DNA of 64,000 bases, from positions 186,001 through 250,000 of the forward strand of contig CDMY01000821.1 in assembly GCA_001179505.1 (NCBI GenBank). The letters are read 5' to 3'. The number at the start of each line of letters is the position of its first letter. The first letter of the stretch is position 1. The stretch comes from Vitrella brassicaformis CCMP3155 (lineage: Eukaryota; Protista; Chromerida). Below, one piece after another: positions 38,869-51,260 of the stretch. The notes under the pieces are model-generated. The model did no database searches. It saw nothing but the letters and a program-made list of their open reading frames with translations, and had not been told where the DNA came from. Position numbers and translations under genes: made by a program.

Positions 38869-40173
38869 GGCAACGGGCAGCCGATGGAAGCTCGCCTTGT
38901 CGGAAGGTGAGCCGCCACTCTCTCAGCCGAGAGTACGAGGGGCAGTTGGCGACCCACACCGCAGACACTTGCCACCCTGATAAACGCGGCCATAGAGCGC
39001 CACTCAGCCGCCTGCTCGATGACATAGGCACAGCGAGCGGGATGGTGGGTGTGGAGGGGCTGCGGCATCGACGCCGCAGACTTGCGAAGATCCACGCCTC
39101 GCCTTTCCTGCCGTCGATTCATTCACAATCGACGCCATACACGCGCACCACAATCCAGGGCCTCCCTTCCACTCACACCTACACACATGCATATGCACCC
39201 ACTCATGCACGCACACATCTCAGTGGACATTCTCACCCATTCGCTCGTCTCGTGAAAAGAAGTCGCCTCGTGCAATCGATGTCAGGGCGTCGGTCAGCGC
39301 CATGTGGCCGCCAATCGATCAAAAATCCAAAGCACATCACAATAGAAAATCCCTCGGCGTGTGTCTCTGAGCCAGAATCTCCACATAGATCGAGAGCCGC
39401 AGCGATTAGCCAAATCCCAAGCTCTCCTCTTCTCTCTCTGCACCGACACATTCATTGTGGGTCAGCGTCCCTTTCTCACTCACCATACGCAATGCCAATG
39501 CCGACCGATCTCTTGACAGCGTTTCCCAGTCATCTCTCCCGCCCCCCCATCGGATCGGTCATTCGGCCGCCCTCTCCCCAGCCATCCCGCCAGTCACCAA
39601 CAAAGAGACGCCGACAGACACACGCGCCACGTGCGACTCGAAAGGCCGTGTCTCCCTCCCTCGTGCACTCTCTCTCGCTGCCATCAGGTCACCAGAGCCT
39701 CACAGGCACACAGCCGCCCGACAGGCACACACGACAGCCGACAAAGCGCCGATTGGCGAGTGAATGCACTCATCTTTTCATCCCCTTATGGCCCCACGAG
39801 CGCACCTGGCGAAGGCAGATGGCAGCCGGCGGCCCTCTGAGCCATCAGAGCGACTCAACGTCAGCCGCCTGACTGACGTGCGAGTTGACTGACTTCTCCT
39901 TGGTGACGGGCCGGACATCTCTCGGCCGCATGACGCCCATCAACACCCACGAGCACACCATCGCCGTTTGACGTCCGCATCTGGTCCTGACCTACACGCA
40001 CACACAGACACACACAGAGCGGCTGACGTGCGGCGATCTCCTCCCTTGACGTCCGGCGAAACTGACTCACAGCCAGCCCCGCTTGCCGTTGCCGAACCCC
40101 CCGCTCCCCCCTCATGCACCGAACCCGATCCTCCGCATTCATCTCTGCGAGCTTGGCTTCGTCCAGTGTCACT

Positions 40174-40473
40174 NNNNNNNNNNNNNNNNNNNNNNNNNNN
40201 NNNNNNNNNNNNNNNNNNNNNNNNNNNNNNNNNNNNNNNNNNNNNNNNNNNNNNNNNNNNNNNNNNNNNNNNNNNNNNNNNNNNNNNNNNNNNNNNNNNN
40301 NNNNNNNNNNNNNNNNNNNNNNNNNNNNNNNNNNNNNNNNNNNNNNNNNNNNNNNNNNNNNNNNNNNNNNNNNNNNNNNNNNNNNNNNNNNNNNNNNNNN
40401 NNNNNNNNNNNNNNNNNNNNNNNNNNNNNNNNNNNNNNNNNNNNNNNNNNNNNNNNNNNNNNNNNNNNNNNNN
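40174..40473. other. Assembly gap (300 N)
   Basis: Run of N. Confidence 1.
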
Positions 40474-40732
40474 CCCCCCCCTTTCGACGCCAGCTGCCTT
40501 GTGTGCCCTCCCTCGCCCTCTCTGCGGCGCCGTTGCGGCCAACTCATCTTTTCAGCCGACTTCTGCCGCACAAACGGCCACAAGCGCTCATCGGGCGATG
40601 ATGCGGTCCACCCTCCACCTGAGGGTATCACAGGTGGCACAGGAAGGCAGAACGCATGCATCAAGGCGCCGAAAAGCACGCAGAGGCCCTCACGCCCCCA
40701 TATCACTCATGTGTGGTTTCTGACGGTCAAGT

Positions 40733-42830
40733 ATGCCTCCCTTTTCCTTCAGGTGTCATGTGGGCGTCCTCCAGTGGACCCCCACAGCCGGATCCGATGT
40801 GGTGGCTGTCAGGCCTCACGGCGTCGACGAGTCGTGGGGGCGTCTCCCTCTCACTTGGAGCGTTGTTCGACGGCTCTCATTCGCTTCTAGCCTTCGTCAT
40901 ACATCATTTATGACTCCCTCCGGTACTCTTCGTGTGTACACTTTCAGGTGGCCGATCGTCGCGACCAGTAGATCGCCGACCGGAGGGAAGTGGCGCTTCC
41001 CTGTCGCGTGTGCAGCGAGCGTCATGTTCACCCCATCGTTGGTAGCAATCTATCTTGTTGTGTCGTTTGTGGGCAAGAAAAAGTCGCGCCTCACTCACAC
41101 CGAGAAGGAGAACGAGGCGTACCGGTACGCAGAAGCCCTAGAGGACAAACCAGTAAGCAGAAAGTCAGCCATGCGACCATCCTGCCCTCATTCATTTGCG
41201 CATCTATCCATCTCTTTGGTGTTTCAGGAGTGGTCACTTAAGTTGTTTCGCCTGGCGGGCCGGGATACCGTGACGGTGGATCCCGCCAAACCATACCGTG
41301 TGCTGCTGCCGGCATTCATCGAGAAGGACGCCATTGAAGGGGGCGTGGTGGCGCCGGAGCTGGCCCGCCTCTGCAGCGGCGCCAGCGATGAGGACATCGC
41401 AGTGTCTTATGTCGTACGCACAACTCGGGAAGAAAGGGCTGCACTGCTCCTCCCGAGTTTCCTCTCTCTGTGTGTGTGTGTGTGTGTGTGTTTATTGGTG
41501 CACACGTGACCAGCGGCGTGCCGGCGCTATGCCCACTTCAACGGGCGGACAATCGGCGCATCTTCCTGCCATGTCGCATGCGCCTGTAGCTTCCAGCAGC
41601 AGCAGCAGAAACCAACTATGGGTGCCCTCCGCTGCGCACCATGGGCCGGTAGGTACTTCGGCTGCTCGTCCACTGCTGGCCTCGGGCAACTTCCAGACCA
41701 CCGACACCACCACCACCACCACCAACACCATACAGGTAGGTGCACGTACACTCATCTCTCACGCAGATGGGATCGTGCATTTGTATTGTGTGGTCTCTGT
41801 TTCTGTCTCTGTGCAGCATCCGTTGTTGCCGTTGCCGAGCAACTACCATCCTACGTTTCATTTCAACCCCCGCCCGGCCGTGAGCAACGCGAAGACAAAG
41901 TTTCTTTTCTCATTTCGTAGCTGCATGATGTGTTGCCTCCCTCCCACTGCTCTCTCAGGCTGGCCCTGTGTTTCCCACGCCCCTGTCGGCGCCGGGCTAC
42001 AGTGGTATTGGCACATAATCACTATCACACAACACAACACACAATCGATGCATGACCCTATCCGTCCATGGATGGCCTTTTGTGTGTGTCAGCTGCGGTT
42101 CAGTACAACTCGATACGCGACAACCGGTGCACGTGGGCGAATCGTCGAGGATCACGGGTATGTACCCCTCCACACACACCACAACTCCAGGCACATGCCC
42201 TCTCTGTCAGGCCCCCGCCCGGCAGAGGCTGCCCGAGACCTCACCGGCCACTCAGGCCATCCACGCGCCCCCGTCTGCGACTGGTGCGGTGGGTGGTGGT
42301 GGCCTTCCCGTCGCCCCGCGGCCCCTGCCGCTCTACAGTCCTCAGAACATCAACAATGCCCCGTGTTGTGAGTGGACACACATGCAGCCCCTCTATGTGA
42401 GTGGGTGTGTGTTTGAACATGTGCTGTGTGTTGTGTGTAGACGTTGGTCAGGTGGCCCGCATGCCGCCGGCGCTCCCGCTGACGGCCGTGGCCCCTTTGT
42501 CGGTGCCCATGGGAATGCCGAGGGGCCCCCCGATGCAGCTACCGGGCGGCGGCATCACCTACGTCAACCCTCCGGTACATGGCAACCCGACGAACCCACC
42601 AGTGGCCCCCCAGGTAGACTACCACACACACATACGCATATCGACCGACCGCCAGCGTCGTTTGTTGTTGATGGTTGCCTCTCTGTGTGTTTGTGCGTCC
42701 TTGGTGTGTGCAGTTGTCGATGGCAAGCCATGTGAGCCACACCCAGTACACCGTTCAAGGCAGCGCCGCCAGTGAGTGGCTGTACCTCAACATCAACCAC
42801 CAGCCCAGACACCAGGTACACCAACCCACA
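40733..42830 (+). CDS. Hypothetical spliced gene(s): one TM-like segment followed by low-complexity Pro-rich exons
   Basis: Coding-like exons (EKENEAYRYAEALEDKP / EWSLKLFRLAGRDTVTVDPAKPYRVLLPAFIEK) with GT-AG flanks. No family recognised. Confidence 0.3.
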
Positions 42831-43819
42831 AGAGCACAGTAATGTCCGCAGCCTGCCTCATTTGGATTGATGGTTGCCTCTCGGTCTGTGTGTGTCGTGG
42901 GTGCCATGCAGGGCTGACCATGCGCACACAGGATGGACACCAACGGGGCGCCTGTAGTATAGATATGAGAGAGGGAGAGAGAGGGGGTGGGTGGGCTACC
43001 TGTGTGATAGCATTCGAGCTGTGCAGTGGTGGGCACCACACCACTGCACATGGGTTGAAAGAAGCAAGTGGCTTAGACGATTTGATGGGATGTGCAAGCC
43101 TTTTGTGGCCTCTTCCGACGGCGTGTGTTGCCAGACCTGCCTGTTGCCCGGCACAGACAGGGGACGGGCAGGCAGGCCTTCACACAGACAGGAATGAGGG
43201 CATCCTCGTCTCGTCTCGTCTCCTCTCCTTTCCTCGTCGCATGGGCAGTCATACCCACCCCACAGATGACAAGCATCTGGGTCTTTTGTGCGGGGGTTGT
43301 GCAGATATCGATGTGTGCAGTGTGTGGATGGATGGATGGATGGGTGAATGGATCGATGGATGTTTGGGTGGTGTACGAATGAACCGGCTGGCTTGGTTTG
43401 TGCATAGCTTTCCTGGGTGACTGGTCGTGTCTGGGTGTCTAAAGCCGACGTTGCTTTGGCTGCCTGACTGATGCCGTGCTCTTCTCCCTGCGTATCGATG
43501 CTCGCACTAGTGTCTGAATGGTCGGTTGGTTGGCTGTGGGATTTTGGCTGTCCTCTCGTTGCTCATCGGCTGACTTGTTCATAGGCTGGCTGGCAGTGCC
43601 ATGGTCGTAGGCTGACAGAGCTGATTCATTGCAAAGAGCTGACCCATAGCACAGATGTCTGTCGGTGTTCGGTTGCATCGGTCAATTTCATTTCAACACC
43701 GGCACTGAATGTCGGTGTCGTTTCAACACGTCTTCTTCTGCCATCGTTCTCAACCGATTCGACCCGATCGACGCTGGGGGCCGCCAATTGGGGGCCGCTT
43801 GGAGACAGAGAGAGCGAGG

Positions 43820-45906
43820 ATGGAGAAGGTGCTTGTATATGCACCAGTGACGAAGGATGCGGGCCGCTTCCCGCCGCTGCCGGCGCTGCAGCAGTTCCTC
43901 GAGGAGGACGAGGCCTCCTACCGGCAACTTGCCCAGCAGCTGTACCCCAGCGATAAGGCCGAGAGGGTCGTCGCCCTCCGCAAGGAGAAGAAGGAGGCCG
44001 AGAAGGTCACAACGAGTGAAGTCTGAGAGTCTGACTCGGTGTGGGTCTGCGATTCATTGTCCTCGTTGTGCTGGTTTATATGTTGCAGAAGTGGGAGAGG
44101 CTGACGGCGGAGCGGGCCGTGGAGGTGAGACAAGCAAAATTCGCCAACGAACCGCCTCCCATCATCTGTTTCCATTGCTGTTTTGCATGGCGTGACACGT
44201 GTACAGGAGTACCTCTACTATCGCATGGGGCTGACGCTGGAGGCCAAGACGGGCTTTGGGGGCCAGGGGAAGGTGTGGCGGGCGGGAGACTACGCCATCA
44301 AAGTCCTCGCACCGGACTTCTCCACGGGAGGGGTACGCAAACGGGCGACATACAAAGAGAAAGGATGCAGGCTTTAAGCCTCTCTCTCTCTGTGTCTATG
44401 GGGCATGTATGTCAGGAGTATGCCCGCCACACCTATCGCATATATTGCGAGCAAGGACTCCGACACTGTCCGTACCTGCCGCGCTACTACTTCTCCTTCA
44501 GCGCTGGCGGACGGACAGTGTACGTCATGGAGTTCCTGAGGGGTACGGACTTAGACGAACGACTTCATGAGACACGCATACACAGCACTCATCTCATCCA
44601 TCCGTATCTCTCCTGCACCTGTGTGTCTACAGGGACAACCGTGTGGGAGCTCGCTCGCCAGACGGAGGCCGACGCCAAGTGTATCATCCGTGATACACGT
44701 ACGTATGAGTGGATGGATGGAGTCCGTCATTCGCATGACATTGTCTGTGTTGGCTGTGTTGGCTGTGTTGGCTGTGTGGTCGGTCTTTGCGCGAAGTGAA
44801 GGCGCTCGGTTTCCTCCACCACCGCGGGCTCTCACACGGCGACATGAAGCCTGACAACGTCATGGTGCTGAAAGACAGGGCGGTCTTGATCGACCTGGAC
44901 CACCTGCGCCATGACTATTGCTCGGTAAGGTTACAATGAGGGAAAGAGGGGTGGAGGGACATGTGCCGTTCTTGTGTGTGTTTCAATGGTCTGTCTGCAG
45001 GGCTCGGGGGCAGCGGATGATCTCCGCAAGACAGGTGGGCTGGGCTGCACCACACATGAGACACACGAGGACACCTGCAGGCAGGATGTATGCCTTTTGC
45101 TTTGCCTTCTGTGCGTGTGTATCGACCAGGGGAGGTGCTGTTGAAGGCGCTGGGGGCCGACCCACAGACCATCGAGCGCATCGCCACACTCACGGTACGC
45201 ACACAGATAGATAGATGAAGACACACGCATTACACACTTGTCTCTGTCTCTTGTGCCGCTTTGCAGACACCACAGTCTGTGGCGGCCACCCTGGCGTCCT
45301 TCATGCCGTACCAGCCGTCCGGGGAGCTCATCCACTTCATTCTCGAGCTTTTCCACGGGGACAGCACAGCGCAAGAGGTGAGCATTGGGACTACACACAT
45401 AAATGTTTGCCAACACACACCGAATGCTGCACCTATGTGTGTATATGATGTAGCTCCTCGGCCTTCCGTGGCTGATTTCAGCACCCCCCGCTCCCGGCAA
45501 CATATCGCAGCCGCCCCCGCCCCCCAAAGAAACGGCCCCGCCCACCTATGCGTACTTGCGGCCGCAGTCTCAGAGTGAGTGATGAATGGAACACAATAAC
45601 GAGGGACCACGGGACCACAGGCAGAGTATCTTCTCATTGTGTCTCCTTGTGTCGTTGTGTTGTGTCTCTATAGCTGCCATGCCCGCCCCTCCACCGCCCA
45701 TGTACATGTCGCTGCTGCCCCTGCCCCGCCAGCCCATCCCACCACCTCAGAGTCTGCGCATGCCGCCCCACCACCCCCCACCGCCTCCTATGCCCATCCA
45801 CCACCCACCGCCTCCTATGCCCATGCTGCCAATGGCCTTCCCCTATATGCCGCCCCCGCCTGGCATGCCTCTCCACGTTCTGCCGCCGCCCATCCTCGCA
45901 CGATGA
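43820..45906 (+). CDS. Divergent protein kinase with Pro-rich C-terminus, multi-exon
   Basis: GFGGQGKVW, YAIKVL, VYVMEFL, catalytic loop LHHRGLSHGDMKPDNVMV, and VLIDLD. Stop TGA at 45904-45906. Confidence 0.75.
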
Positions 45907-46243
45907 ACTCCTCTGCGTCCGTTCGGTCCGTCATGTCGCATCCCTCGGGAGCGCCACGACGGACCGATACGGATGCATAGGGGAGGGAAGGAGCGATGGC
46001 GTGATGATGAGGGAAGGCCCAACGAGGACCGCTCACCTACCAGTGCTGGATCGACATATCAAGTTGTTAAGGCTGAGGAGATCATACCCGCATCCCGCAG
46101 AGGCGGCACCGACTCCACCGAGAAACAACAAGAAGATAAGAGCCGAGGGAGGGGCGAGGGGGAACGTGGGCGACAGAGAGGTCGGGAGAGAGGAGACTTT
46201 GGCGATAGAACCGACAGCCGCGGTCCTGTAAGCATCAGCAGCG

Positions 46244-48603
46244 GTGTATGAGGTGACCTATGACCTGGTGCCGCGGGTGGTGCCACGTGTCGACCCACTC
46301 ACATCAACCATCCGCCACCCGGATCATCTGCCGCTGCCTGCGTTGGCACCCTCCCACTCCCCATCTCCCTCTCCCCACCCCCACAGAACCAGTACGTGGG
46401 CGGCCGGCCCCCTGCAGCTGATGAACTGCCAGGCAGCCCGGCAGTTCTTCACACACGCAGCCGCCTTAGGAGACCATGCCGACCACCACCAGCAGCAGCA
46501 GCACGGCTCAGCAGCGGCGGTGCATCTGGAAGACCTGCAGCCCATGCTCACAAGGCAGCTGGAGGAGGATGCTGAGAGCGAGGGAGGGATTGAGAGCGAC
46601 GAGGAAGCCGCCATCCAAGATGCCTTCCTCCGACACATCGACCAGGCCCAGCCACCACCTCCACACAACGACGGCGTCAATGACCAAGCTGAGACAGCCC
46701 TCCTGAGCGGGCTGCAGGAGGGTGTCTTCGACAGCAGCAACCCATTTGATGGCGTGGAGGTGGCGGCCAAGCAGCGTGTGCAGCGTCAGCTGCTCGATAG
46801 GCAGCTGGGAGAACACAATAGGGCCCGGGAGGAGGGTGCCGGTGGTGGTGGTGCTGAAGGTGGTGGCGGTCTGTTCGGCGTGAGTGAGAGCGATGTGGAG
46901 GACGCGAGGCGTCACCTGCTGGACCAACAGGCGGTCAGTGAGTGGGCAAGGAGAATGGACAGATAGACAGACAGACAGACAGGGGTGCGGGAGAGGGAAT
47001 CAATCGTCATGTTGCCTCTTTCTTTATGTGAGTGTGTCAGTGTGAGATGGGTCGCCTGGACGCGGCCAATCGTCTGCTCGAGTGGCGACTTAAGAGACTT
47101 CGACTCGCGAACAAACGGTACACACATGGCATGGCACCAAGATGCGCACACACACATGGATCGGATCCCAACTGTCTCCCTCCCCTCTGTGGTGTCTCTG
47201 CAGGCACCAATACCTACGCTCACAGGGCCTCGTCAAACACTCCGCATCGCTCCCGGCCCTCGCCCATCCATCCACCACGCAGCAAGCGCAAACCACACAA
47301 GAGGAACCGGCGCCAGCTGTGGCTGGCGAGCCCACTGGTGTGATGTCGCGTGGTGTGCATCGATCTGACGGCGTGTCGGCCTGCATCGAAGCGACAAGGA
47401 ACATGAGCATCGGCATACATGGTGCTGCGGAGAGTGGGCGTGTGGATGGGGTGTCTGTCTTTCGTGTGTGGGAGGAGGAGTCTGACGAACCGGCAGAGAC
47501 CAACCAGCAGCAGCAGCAGCAGCAATGTGGCGGAGAGAAGGCCGACGACGTGGCCGTGGAGGACCACCAGCTTGCTCGTGGTGACATTGCTGGCTCTCCC
47601 TTGCCGTCCCCCGCCCACGCCCCTATTCCTGGTGCTGCCCAGCAGCGGCCGACATCCCCACGAGCCATTCAGACGAACCGGCAGAGAGCAACCAGCAGCA
47701 ACAGCAGCAGCAGCAATGTGGCGGAGAGCAAGCTGACGATGTGGCCGTGGAGGACCACCAGCCCGTTCATGGTGACGACAGTCAGGGTGACATTGCTGGT
47801 GTTGAATCTCCCTCTCCCTCCAAGGCCCACGTCCCTCCCCCTGGTGCTGCCCAGCAGCAGCCGACATGCCCACGAGCCGTCCAGACATCCCCTGGCGTAC
47901 CACAAGAGCCGATCGCACCATGCCCACCCGCACCGGCAGTGGCGCAGCAGCACACACACCAACACACGGACATCAAGAAGACCCACCGCCCAACACCAAC
48001 AGTGACACAGCCGGACCACCAGCATGACGCGACCAAGGCGCTCTGCTGGCGGGGGGTGTCTGCTGATGGGGGAGGGTGCCGGTGTTTGAGTTGGGTGCGA
48101 TTGTGGAGAGGGACCTGCTGGAGCCGATATATGCCCAAGCCGCTCTTGCTGACGCTGCAGCCGTGCAGACCCTGGTTGACAGATGGCAGCTGGGGAGATA
48201 CCTCGAACATATCCAACAGGTAAGTACAGTCAGTGCATGTGGTCAGCACACACACACACACAGGCACACATCACTTTCTGTGCTGTCATCCGTTGATTGA
48301 TCCATTCATCAGCACTTGCTGTTTGGTGCTGCCTCTGAGATGTCCGCCTTCGCCACAGCCCTCTTCGCCACCTGCCGCCACTCTGCCACCAGCAGCACCA
48401 CCATCAGTCAGACCCTGCTCGAGTCACGCGTCAACCAGATGTTCGCCGCACACCCCAAGACGCCACCACAGCAGCACAGTGAGACGGAGACGGTGCCGGT
48501 GGTGTACTTCGACGTGGTGAAAGTGCCGCCTGCTGCGCCGTGTGTGCCGCCGTGGACGGTGCTCGAGTGCATTGGGGTGCGGCTGATGGCGCCGCTCTTT
48601 TGA
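46244..48603 (+). pseudogene. Fragmented gamma-tubulin complex component (GCP6-like) sequence
   Basis: RLLEWRLKRLRL, a low-complexity repeat insert, then LGAIVERDLLEPIYAQAALADAAAVQTLVDRWQLGRYLEHIQQHLLFGAASEMSAFATALF, resembling the start of the GRIP2 domain (recalled consensus). Several frame breaks. Confidence 0.4.
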
Positions 48604-49608
48604 CAAGGTGAGGATTGCCCTAGTGTGGTGAGTTCGCAACGGTGCGGCTTAAACGGCGGCTGAGGGATCAGGCAGAAAAGGAATTCAGGGCACGGTGGGG
48701 TGTGGGGGCGTGAAAGCAAAGAAAGAGAAGTGGACATCGGAGGCTGACCTCATTGGTGTATAATTTGTCTGTCTGTCTATGGGCAATGTCTGTCTATGGG
48801 CAGCAGACTTGTGATGGATGGATGGATGGATGGATGGAGAATGTTCTGGGGTAAGGGTTTGCTGCGGTGTTGTCTGTGCAGGAGTCCGCCATCAGGGGGC
48901 GCGCATCGCACCATCTTTTGGTGCAGGCGTGAACTCTGATGGGGGATGGGCCGTGCGGCTGGCTGATGAACTGGCCTCTCACGGGCGCGTGTGTGGCCAA
49001 CAGACAGCCTTTAAGCTGTGGTCGCCGCGTGAACGTGGGATGTGCCAGCCAGCCAGTTGAGACGCACTGACAGCCATTGCTCGGGGGCTGCGTGAATGTG
49101 AAATGTGCGGCGAGTGGCTGGTGGATGGGTGTGTGAGCGGGCGGGTGGAGAGGCATCGTCGGGTGCTATGTTGGCATCGGTGGTTCGTGTGGTGTGGTGG
49201 ATGTGCGAGTGGGCGTTGGGTGGCCATGTGTGGTCGAACGTGTGGGTGTGTACGGTGAGTCTCATGCGTGTGTCCGTCTGAACGGACGAACGGCAGCACT
49301 CAAACCATTACAAACACATCAACTACGAGTTGTCTCACGAAAAACAGCATTGTATTTGCATTAAGCAGGTGTGTAGTTGTGCCTGTAAGGGAAGCTGACC
49401 TCGTCATTCATTCACTCACTCATCTGACGTCATGTAGGTGGCCGAAGGTAGCAAAAAAAGAGCGAGTCAAAGCGACCTTTTCCGTGACTGGTGTCTGTCA
49501 GCAGGTCCTCGACAGGTCCTATCATCTCTCATGGTAGTTAGTGAGGAGATGGTAGTTAGTGAGGCTTGCGTCTCTGACTCAGTCAGTGACTGCATAGCAA
49601 TGTATTAC

Positions 49609-49960
49609 AACTCGATCGAGTGAATCACTGAGTGACCGAGCTATGTGTACATACCTGTCGAACCAATCAATCAATCAATCTGAATGTCTGGTCGGCCGCC
49701 GATGATGGGTTTTTTGACTTTTGCCCTATTGCTGCTTGCGGCGTTTGACTTGACTGGGGCCGCGGGGACACACAGACAAAAAGGAATGTAAGCAACAAGC
49801 AATGACAGACACACGAACACATGTCTCTTCCTGAAGCAGACACTTTGTCTTGCTTTGTGTGTCTTTGATAGGCTGCACAGGTGCTGATGTGGCTGATTGC
49901 ATCGGTGCAACAGCAGCCATCGACCCGCCCCAAAACAACAATGGCAACAACACAATCGCC
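49609..49960. repeat. Dispersed repeat copy 2 (partner about 32349-32870)
   Basis: Same shared blocks as copy 1, in direct orientation. Confidence 0.85.
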
Positions 49961-51148
49961 CTTTGCGTAACGGAACAGGCCGACACCCCAAACCATCCAT
50001 TCACTATTGGTTAGCAAAAGCACAAGAGAGGCGAGTGCGTGTGTTTGTGTTACATACATGCATGTCTGGTTGCCATCTTGTGTCCGTGTCCGTGCTTGCA
50101 GATGCATTCACTCATGCTGATGACGCCATCGGCCAAGGGGCGACCCCGGTAAGTGCCGGAGTGAAACATGGAGCACTCCTGTCGACTGTGTCTTCTGCTC
50201 AGCTTGCGGAATCGTTTGGAGGAGATAAGGAAGTGTCCAAGGCATTCCAGCGGTCCCTATGGCTCCGGGCAGTCATCCAGGTGGCACAGCAGTGGTTCCA
50301 GAACAACTTGGGTCGCCCCCCCACGCCGGCCGAGATAAGGTTCATCATCGAGTACATGAACTACCGACTCAAGCTGCCGCTGGAAGGAAGAGGAACGCAC
50401 TCACTGCGCGTCTGCATGTCTGCGTGTGTCACTTGTGCAGACTTCTTTCAGGGCTCGCAGGTGAGTGACACGCACACAAAGGCACACACGGATGAGTGTG
50501 TATGGGCATGTGCGCATGTGTGTGTGAGTCATTCAGGCTGGGCTGAAGCTGTCGATGCTGACGTCAGTAATCCAAGTGTTCAACAAGAAATGAAGTCTTG
50601 AGCAAGAGACAGAACACGACAGACAGATGATTGACACCCAATGAGTGACCAGCCAGTGGACAGAAGACGAATGCGTATTCGATGGTGTGTGATGCTATGA
50701 GTTTCTGCGTCTGTTTGTCACACATCCGCTGTATTCATTGTCATCAACTTTCCTCAGCCTCAACTCATTGGACCATGCCGCATCCATTCACCGACGTCAA
50801 CGGTCGCATCATGATATAGTTGGTCAGACAATCATGTCTCTATCTCTCTTTCTGTCTCCGTGTGTGTGCGTGCGTATGCGTGTGTCTCAATTGTGCGAAG
50901 AGCTGATGCCCACTCGCTGCTGCCTGTGTTAGAACTGCCTTCTGGTGAGTGTGAGTCCGTGTGACCATCACCACACATCCGCTTTCCTCAGCCTCAACTC
51001 ACTCTGACATACAAAATGTAAAGCTGGACCACAATTATGTCTCCGTCAGTGGGTGTGTCTCAATTGTAGCTGATGGAACGAAGTTAACGGAGGAGCTGAT
51101 GCCCACTCACCCCGCTGCCTGCATGCGTCGGCCGTCGCCGTTGTTGTT

Positions 51149-51260
51149 CGGGATTCGGGACAGACACGGCGGGATTCGGGACAGACACGTCGGGATTCGG
51201 GACAAGACACAGCGGGACAGACACGGCGGGATTCGGGACAGACACGGCGGGATTCGGGAC
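51149..51260. repeat. 21-bp minisatellite (cgggattcgggacagacacgg) x about 5
   Basis: Directly visible, nested between direct repeats at 50830-50959 and 51289-51383. Confidence 0.9.

Noticed and set aside
39840-40173. Minus-strand coding-like exons adjoining the second gap
   Set aside because: Truncated by Ns, ambiguous frame, and no recognisable motif.
50100-50601. ORF segment ...QQWFQNNLGRPPTPAEIRFIIEYMNYRLK...
   Set aside because: It looks coding, but I found no start, splice chain or family match to support a feature call.
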